A stretch of DNA of 64,000 nt from Leptogorgia sarmentosa. Lineage: Eukaryota. The notes under the pieces are model-generated. The model had not been told where the DNA came from and searched no databases. It saw only the letters and a program-made list of their open reading frames with translations. The stretch lies in the NCBI GenBank assembly GCA_964658305.1, contig OZ210885.1, forward strand, positions 11,346,001-11,410,000, written 5' to 3'. Shown piece by piece: positions 60,201 to 64,000 of the stretch (positions within the stretch are counted from its first letter, which is position 1; each line of letters opens with the position of its first letter). Position numbers and translations under genes: made by a program.

Positions 60201-61423
60201 AGTTTCAATTCCTTATGCAATTTGATATATGATGGCGGGAATTCCGGAATGCGAGATAGTCATGAAAGCTTATATCAAGTATTGAATACGTCTCCGCACA
60301 AGCTCACGTCTTGAAAGGAATTAGTATTTGCGCTATTCGCCTATTTCCTAGCAGTAAACCATTTTATACATGCAAGATCGCGTATTAGGGATAAGATGCG
60401 TGTATCGAAAAGCTGAAAACAAATAAGACTTGATCATCAAGCTACATAGGCGCAGATACCTGTACACTTTGTGTACCTATTTTTGTATATGATAAAAAGA
60501 ATCTCCCACCCCACCCTAGGGTATAAATAATGAACGGTCCCTAACTAAGTTAGGACCGCCAGCAACACAGCGTTTTCCTCCGCGACTAGCTTTACGTCTA
60601 TTAGAAATATACGCCATGCTGAAAATATGTTACACTTGTGACGTCACACGGCAAGTATCACACATCACACATTAAGATGGTGGTCGAAAAGTTCGCACGG
60701 AAGTAGCCAAAAATCGCAACTTTGAAAGGCCACAAAATCCGTTTGAAAAGAGCAATTTTAATTCTGTTTGTGGTAAACATATTCGGAGAGTAAGTACTTT
60801 AAAATATGCCAAATAAAAAGGGGTCGAAAAATTCGTTGCAGTAACACTTTAATAACCAACCAAAATAGTGTGATTACGTATCGAATTTTCGGTTGAACCC
60901 AGATAGTAGCAATGAACATCCACTGACAGTTTGGTATTAGCCTAGTGGAAATTCAATTCAAATCTATCAAGAGTTGCAAAACAAAAGCAGTGCAATAGCC
61001 AAAACGGGAAAAAGTTCGAGGGTACAATTGTAGAAACTGCCTCTTAAGTCGAGCTGTGTATTGCTGTTAAGAATTTCAAGAACACTGGTTGAGTTTAAGC
61101 CCTCTAAAACGTCGCACAAACTACTTACGTTTTTTAGAATAATTAACTTTTCGCATGCTTAATTTAGGCTTGCATACCTGTCTCTTCGTCTAAGACGCTG
61201 ATTGAACCATTCTTTAAACCACAAATGGCTAGAGTACAGCCTGCAGCATTGGTCGTGGCTAATGAGGTTACGGACGTATCAAACGTCTTTCGCGATATCT
61301 CAGAGCCTCCGAGATCCAGACACGAAGATTCCGGTAAAAGGTAGCAGGTCTTCGTGCCTGTTTCACGGAGTTGCTCTAATATCGTTTTTATCCTTGGATA
61401 CTCTTGATACGATAGCAGCCTGC
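32907..61423 (-). CDS. NACHT/WD40-repeat protein (NWD1/NWD2-like), 3' part; exons 61423-61178, 55713-55495, 53580-53368, 49273-49030, 47534-47296, 44126-44020, 41680-41272, 39822-39221, 35854-35599, 33232-32907
   Basis: Ten GT-AG exons splice in one continuous frame with many GH..WD repeats (GHSYAVRCLAVS..ASGSLDDSTILW, GHKSRVTSVAVS, SASFDGTIKVWD). The first visible exon (GRLLS..RIKTILEQL..LLPESSCLDLGG) resembles the linker preceding the WD40 array in NACHT-WD40 proteins. The NACHT domain itself is not in the window. Confidence 0.82.
33650..34314 (+). mobile_element. 5'-truncated non-LTR retrotransposon (CR1/L2-group LINE), end of ORF2 plus 3' UTR
   Basis: RLQKLQNRAARVIT..LKWKPL..LMYKI..PKPKTEYLKKSLSYRGAKLWNSLP is the typical post-RT C-terminus; ends AAATAAA plus a (CCTA)n tail. 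Confidence 0.85.
34315..34466. repeat. Imperfect palindrome of about 150 bp
   Basis: TTTATGCTTTTAATAGAAATTAG..GTGCGGGC / GCCCGCAC..CTAATTTCTATTAAAAGCATAAA. Confidence 0.75.
35599..35854 (-). CDS. WD40 gene exon
   Basis: VERINAKGIVHGYTSH..ETSVRKWKL..SGSHVAIL; phases fit both neighbours. Confidence 0.78.
38200..38577 (+). mobile_element. Diverged 3' fragment of a Helentron-type element
   Basis: Similar to 16635-17030; ends GCGCAAATACATGTACACTTGTGTACCTATTTTT. Confidence 0.65.
39221..39822 (-). CDS. WD40 gene exon
   Basis: GHPDDSIVTAIDITSNGKFALSGSSSGTLSLVD..FASGSIGGSVKLWNV. Confidence 0.88.
40048..40272. mobile_element. Harbinger-type MITE
   Basis: TAA-AGGTCGTTTTCCATTACAGTCGTTTTGCCCGC / GCGGGCAAAGCGACTGCAATGGAAAACTGCCG-TAA. 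Confidence 0.7.
41272..41680 (-). CDS. WD40 gene exon
   Basis: VWNLSDG..VRFSSDGLQVIIGCKDSHVFIWDW. Confidence 0.85.
42078..42325 (+). repeat. Direct repeat of about 97 bp (period 150)
   Basis: ATGTTTGATCGATTTCA..GGATGATAAATTCAGTA at 42078 and 42228. Confidence 0.9.
43040..43792. repeat. Hairpin-ended dispersed repeat with a perfect 103-bp palindrome (43665-43767)
   Basis: 50-bp perfect arms around a GAA loop; CTGATTGGCTG motif at the other end; second copy at 20514. Confidence 0.8.
44020..44126 (-). CDS. WD40 gene exon (not in the ORF track)
   Basis: DLEWAKHVAVSADDQYVVSLSKDADILFLRKSSIK; joins phase 1 to phase 0 and gives IK|VWNL. Confidence 0.75.
44885..45282. repeat. Hairpin-headed dispersed repeat
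   Basis: AAACAATTATTGAA..GGCCGAGGTTTGTGTTATTTG-GAAGCCGAAGGCTGAG-GCAAATAACACAAACCGAGGCC..TTCAATAATTGTTT; distal ACCAATCA. Confidence 0.75.
46330..47020. mobile_element. Old MITE-like element with long diverged inverted arms and a nested hairpin repeat
   Basis: TTTGTCGTCTGTCAGTTTCAAATATTCCGTA (~46450) mirrored by TACGGAATATTTGATACTGGCAGACGACAAA (~46880). Confidence 0.55.
47296..47534 (-). CDS. WD40 gene exon
   Basis: GVAIISNAKKCVTASWDRSIRVWHL..SSSEDGTFKLWNF. Confidence 0.88.
49030..49273 (-). CDS. WD40 gene exon
   Basis: LVSASFDGTIKVWDLKTYQEIRTLKGHKSRVTSVAVSDD. Confidence 0.9.
50788..51118. mobile_element. hAT-type MITE
   Basis: CATA..GCGTACG / CGTACGCCTATG termini; 8-bp TSD ATGCTAAG. Confidence 0.75.
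52330..52751. mobile_element. hAT-type MITE
   Basis: CAGTGGCGTAGGA / TCGTATGCCCTTG; TSD TTTCAGAG/TTTCATAG; sub-terminal C-runs. Confidence 0.65.
53368..53580 (-). CDS. WD40 gene exon
   Basis: LKVYCVSTGE..DKTIKLWKADT..LVGHTAWVRCVVAT; acceptor chosen by phase. Confidence 0.8.
55495..55713 (-). CDS. WD40 gene exon
   Basis: REVQQLLGHSYAVRCLAVSQSGTILASGSLDDSTILWRMD. Confidence 0.88.
58663..60541. mobile_element. Harbinger-type MITE nested in the Kolobok-like element
   Basis: TIR GGGACCGTTCATTATTTATACCCTAGGGTGGGGTGGGA; TTA/TAA flanks. Confidence 0.85.
59117..60484 (+). mobile_element. Non-autonomous Helentron/DINE-1-like element, copy 2
   Basis: Near-identical to 15586-17030; T-run insertion, sub-TIRs, microsatellite, 3' hairpin. 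Confidence 0.85.
61178..61423 (-). CDS. WD40 gene exon (linker and first WD repeat)
   Basis: GRLLSYQEYPRIKTILEQLRETGTKTCYLLPESSCLDLGG..CGLKNGSISVLDEETG; ttccag| and |gtatgc. Confidence 0.82.
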
Positions 61424-61736
61424 CTGGAAAATAAATATACACAACAGTCTTATGATATATCCTGGCAAAATCATAAAATTAGGCCTACATATTATCGTTC
61501 TTGCCTTTGCAACTTATTTTCAAAATGGATAGCTTTATGATAGAAAAAAGTAAAACTGATAAAACAAGTTATGATTTACATTATTATACATTTAAAATTT
61601 ATTCTCGTTCCTGATTGGTCAGAAAGCACCGGCTAATTCTCAGTATTCGGTATTTATTACGCATTTTCCGTCGATGACGTCATCAGCGTCCAATAATTAT
61701 TTTTTTGGATCGAACTTGCATCCAAAAAATATATTA

Positions 61737-62143
61737 CCTTATTCGCACTTAATTTCGCGTGACTTTAATTTCGCGATTTTCGCGATTGAAAAATAATCGC
61801 GAAATTAAAGTCGCGCGAATAAAAATCCTCGCGAAATTTAACCACACGAAATTAAATACATTAGTAAAAAATTAGAATTGTTAAATCATTAATTTCTCAA
61901 TATATATGATCAACAACAACACGTACAGCTCGCATATGAATTACAATAAATGTTAAAATTCAATAAAATTCCATTGTTAAAAGTTAAAATTCAATAAATG
62001 ATGGTTTTGAAAATCTGTATTTCGCGAAAATTAATGCCCTTTTTCTATTTTCGGTCATCAAAATCGCGAAAATAAAGTCTCGCTAAATATGGCTTCGACA
62101 AAATCGCGAAATTAAGTACCCGCGAAATTAAGTACGAATAAGG
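61737..62143. mobile_element. TA-flanked MITE (Tc1/mariner-type)
   Basis: TA-CCTTATTCGCACTTAATTTCGCG / CGCGAAATTAAGTACGAATAAGG-TA; internal TTCGCG repeats. Confidence 0.8.
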
Positions 62144-62274
62144 TATTGGACTCTCTCGTGCCCAAGCCCTAGCGCTGTCAAAAGCTTGAAGCTAAAAGCC
62201 CGCGAAAAAAACAAACAAACAATGGCCTGCAGCAGATTTGCTTCGCTGAATGAAAGTGAACTCTCTTTTAAATG

Positions 62275-62440
62275 TATAATAAAACAATTATTCGATTCGG
62301 CTTTCGCATGATATCAAGAATTATTCAGACCTCGGTCAATGTTATCCGCCTCAGCTTCGCTTCGGCAGATAACATTGACCTCGGTCTGAATAATTCTTGA
62401 TATCATGCTCAGCCTCATCCAATGATTGTTTATTGTATAA
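62275..62440. repeat. Hairpin head of a dispersed repeat (other end probably CTGATTGGTCAG near 61610)
   Basis: CATGATATCAAGAATTATTCAGACC..GCCTCAGCTTCGCTTCGGC..GGTCTGAATAATTCTTGATATCATG; resembles the reverse of 44885. Confidence 0.75.
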
Positions 62441-64000
62441 CAAAATTACGATATTATTTCTTTGAAGAGTTTTGATTGGTTAAGAGCTGTGTATGAAATG
62501 GTTATATCCGTTCGCCAAAAAACGTATATGACATTTGGACGTAATTTTTTCGTATATTGGAAACTCACATACGACATTATTTTCAAAAATCTGGGAATTG
62601 TCTATAATATTATTGAATTCAGCTCTCATAGGACATGCGGAATTATCAGCTCTTTGCTCTGCTTCAATAATGAACATTAATAGTAGATGAATTTTCAAAA
62701 CCTTTCATTTCTAAACGTCGTCGCGATTTAGTGATTTTCACATAATGGGGCCATAGGAAAATTCAGAATCGAGTAGATCTCGTGTGAATATCAGAGTTGG
62801 CATTTGAAAAATTCCTAATGTACGTTAGGCGTACATAAATGGTGTCAGCCCGTTTATTATCTTATAAGCCAACGAGGAATCTCAAACCGTCGAGTCGTTC
62901 TTCTCTGCAATCCATAATACCCTTTGAAGTATATTTCTACCGCACGATTGCTTCACGGAACTGAATTACATCATTACTTGTTCTATTATCGCACAACATG
63001 AAACTTCGGTCAAGCTTCGTTAATAGTTTATGCATGGTTGTAGAAAGCCAGGTTAAGGTGAAGTGATTAGTGCACTCTTTGCCAGACTTGGGTAGATGTT
63101 TTCCTTTACCCGAAGATGAGTACAGTATGGAATTCCCATGATTACGCCGGGTTTGTTTTTTTATATTCAGTCTGTAACCAAATAATACAGGTTCTGGTTG
63201 CGCGTGAAGCAATGTAAGACAAGACAAGGGAAGGGAAGGTAAGACAACGCAAGAAGTGTGCAGGTAAGGGAAAATTACGGAGCAAGAAAGGCCAAGAAAG
63301 AACATTCCATACCAAGCTGAGGCATACAATCCTGGACAAAAGTTGTTGCAAATCCAACTCTTTCCTCCAGAATTGAATGTTGCCACGTGAAATCGAAACA
63401 AAACATTGCAGGGCTTAAGCAAACACGACGCGAAGTCAGCGGGAACGTGACAATGGCGTGGCATGAGAGATTTTTTACTTCCCGTTTAGACTAGGACGTC
63501 GCACATGTTCTGTTGAGGACGGCATCTGGGCTGCTTTCACCTCCTCTCCAGAACCTGACATATGAATGCTTGTGTTCAAACATATTTTCCTTGCTAGTTC
63601 TGAATTTCATTTTGATTGACAAGCGTACGTCTAAATAACTCAACGGGTTTTAGCTGCCTTAATTCTTAGCAAACATTTTAATCGCCATAATAAAATGACC
63701 AAATTGTATACGTCGTTAATCGGTTCAATGTTAGTCGTTCTTTACCAAATGCCACATTTTAGAATAGAAAAGTTGGATGAAAACAACCTGACGTTAAAAT
63801 GAACAAGTAAAAATAGAAATAGGATGAATTTGCACCACTTGAACAGAAGAAAACAGATTTCAATCATTTTATTTGCCTTAAAAAACTGTCAATTGATACA
63901 TATTCAAACACACGACAGAAAAGTTGGACTTAAATATGGATATTGATTTCGAACAGTTTTATTAAACGGAGTGAAGTATTTAATTTGTAAAAATTACTTG

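Larger units (their letters stand above)
58330..60617 (-). pseudogene. THAP zinc-finger coding remnant split by nested insertions
   Basis: ATG at 60617 (MAYISNRRKASRGGKRCVAGGPNLV) continues near 58658 (SCANDSKTEEISMHLFP..*..CSAH) and, after a frameshift, QDSCYDMN..AVPTID. Confidence 0.75.
57457..60848 (-). mobile_element. Kolobok-like DNA transposon (internally deleted) with a decayed THAP-domain ORF
   Basis: TTAA-AGTGTTACTGCAACGAATTTT / AAAATTCGTTGCAGTAACACT-TTAA; minus-strand THAP motifs KRCVAGGPNLVSC..MHLFP..CSAH..LKEDAVPTI. Confidence 0.8.

Noticed and set aside
62937..63560. 175-aa minus-strand ORF or exon-like segment as an upstream exon of the WD40 gene
   Set aside because: No NACHT or other recognisable motif; stops in the plausible spliced frame

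Overview
Eukaryotic, AT-rich, intron-containing animal DNA (the repeat content suggests a marine invertebrate; this is inference). Three parts. (1) 0.3-6.5 kb: an apparently complete 14-exon VLDLR/lipophorin-receptor-like LDL receptor family gene on + (signal peptide, 8 LDLa modules, EGF-EGF-YWTD propeller-EGF, Ser/Thr stalk, TM, and a short tail with no NPxY). (2) 8.0-29.5 kb: a dense, heavily rearranged tRNA cluster of roughly 55-60 genes, pseudogenes and fragments (Gly, Glu, Trp, Thr, Pro, Asn, Ser, Cys, Gln, Leu, His), built from direct and inverted segmental duplications. Paralogous copies repeatedly differ at the wobble base, a tRNA-Thr(AGT) carries a canonical 12-nt intron, and several DNA transposons sit inside or just upstream of tRNAs, one with termini that mimic the tRNA A-box. 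(3) 32.9-61.4 kb: the last 10 exons of a NACHT/WD40 (NWD-like) gene on -, whose introns hold a LINE 3' fragment, many MITEs, long hairpin elements and a three-level nest (Kolobok-like THAP element > Harbinger-type MITE > Helentron-type element). All calls were made by eye; no searches were run.
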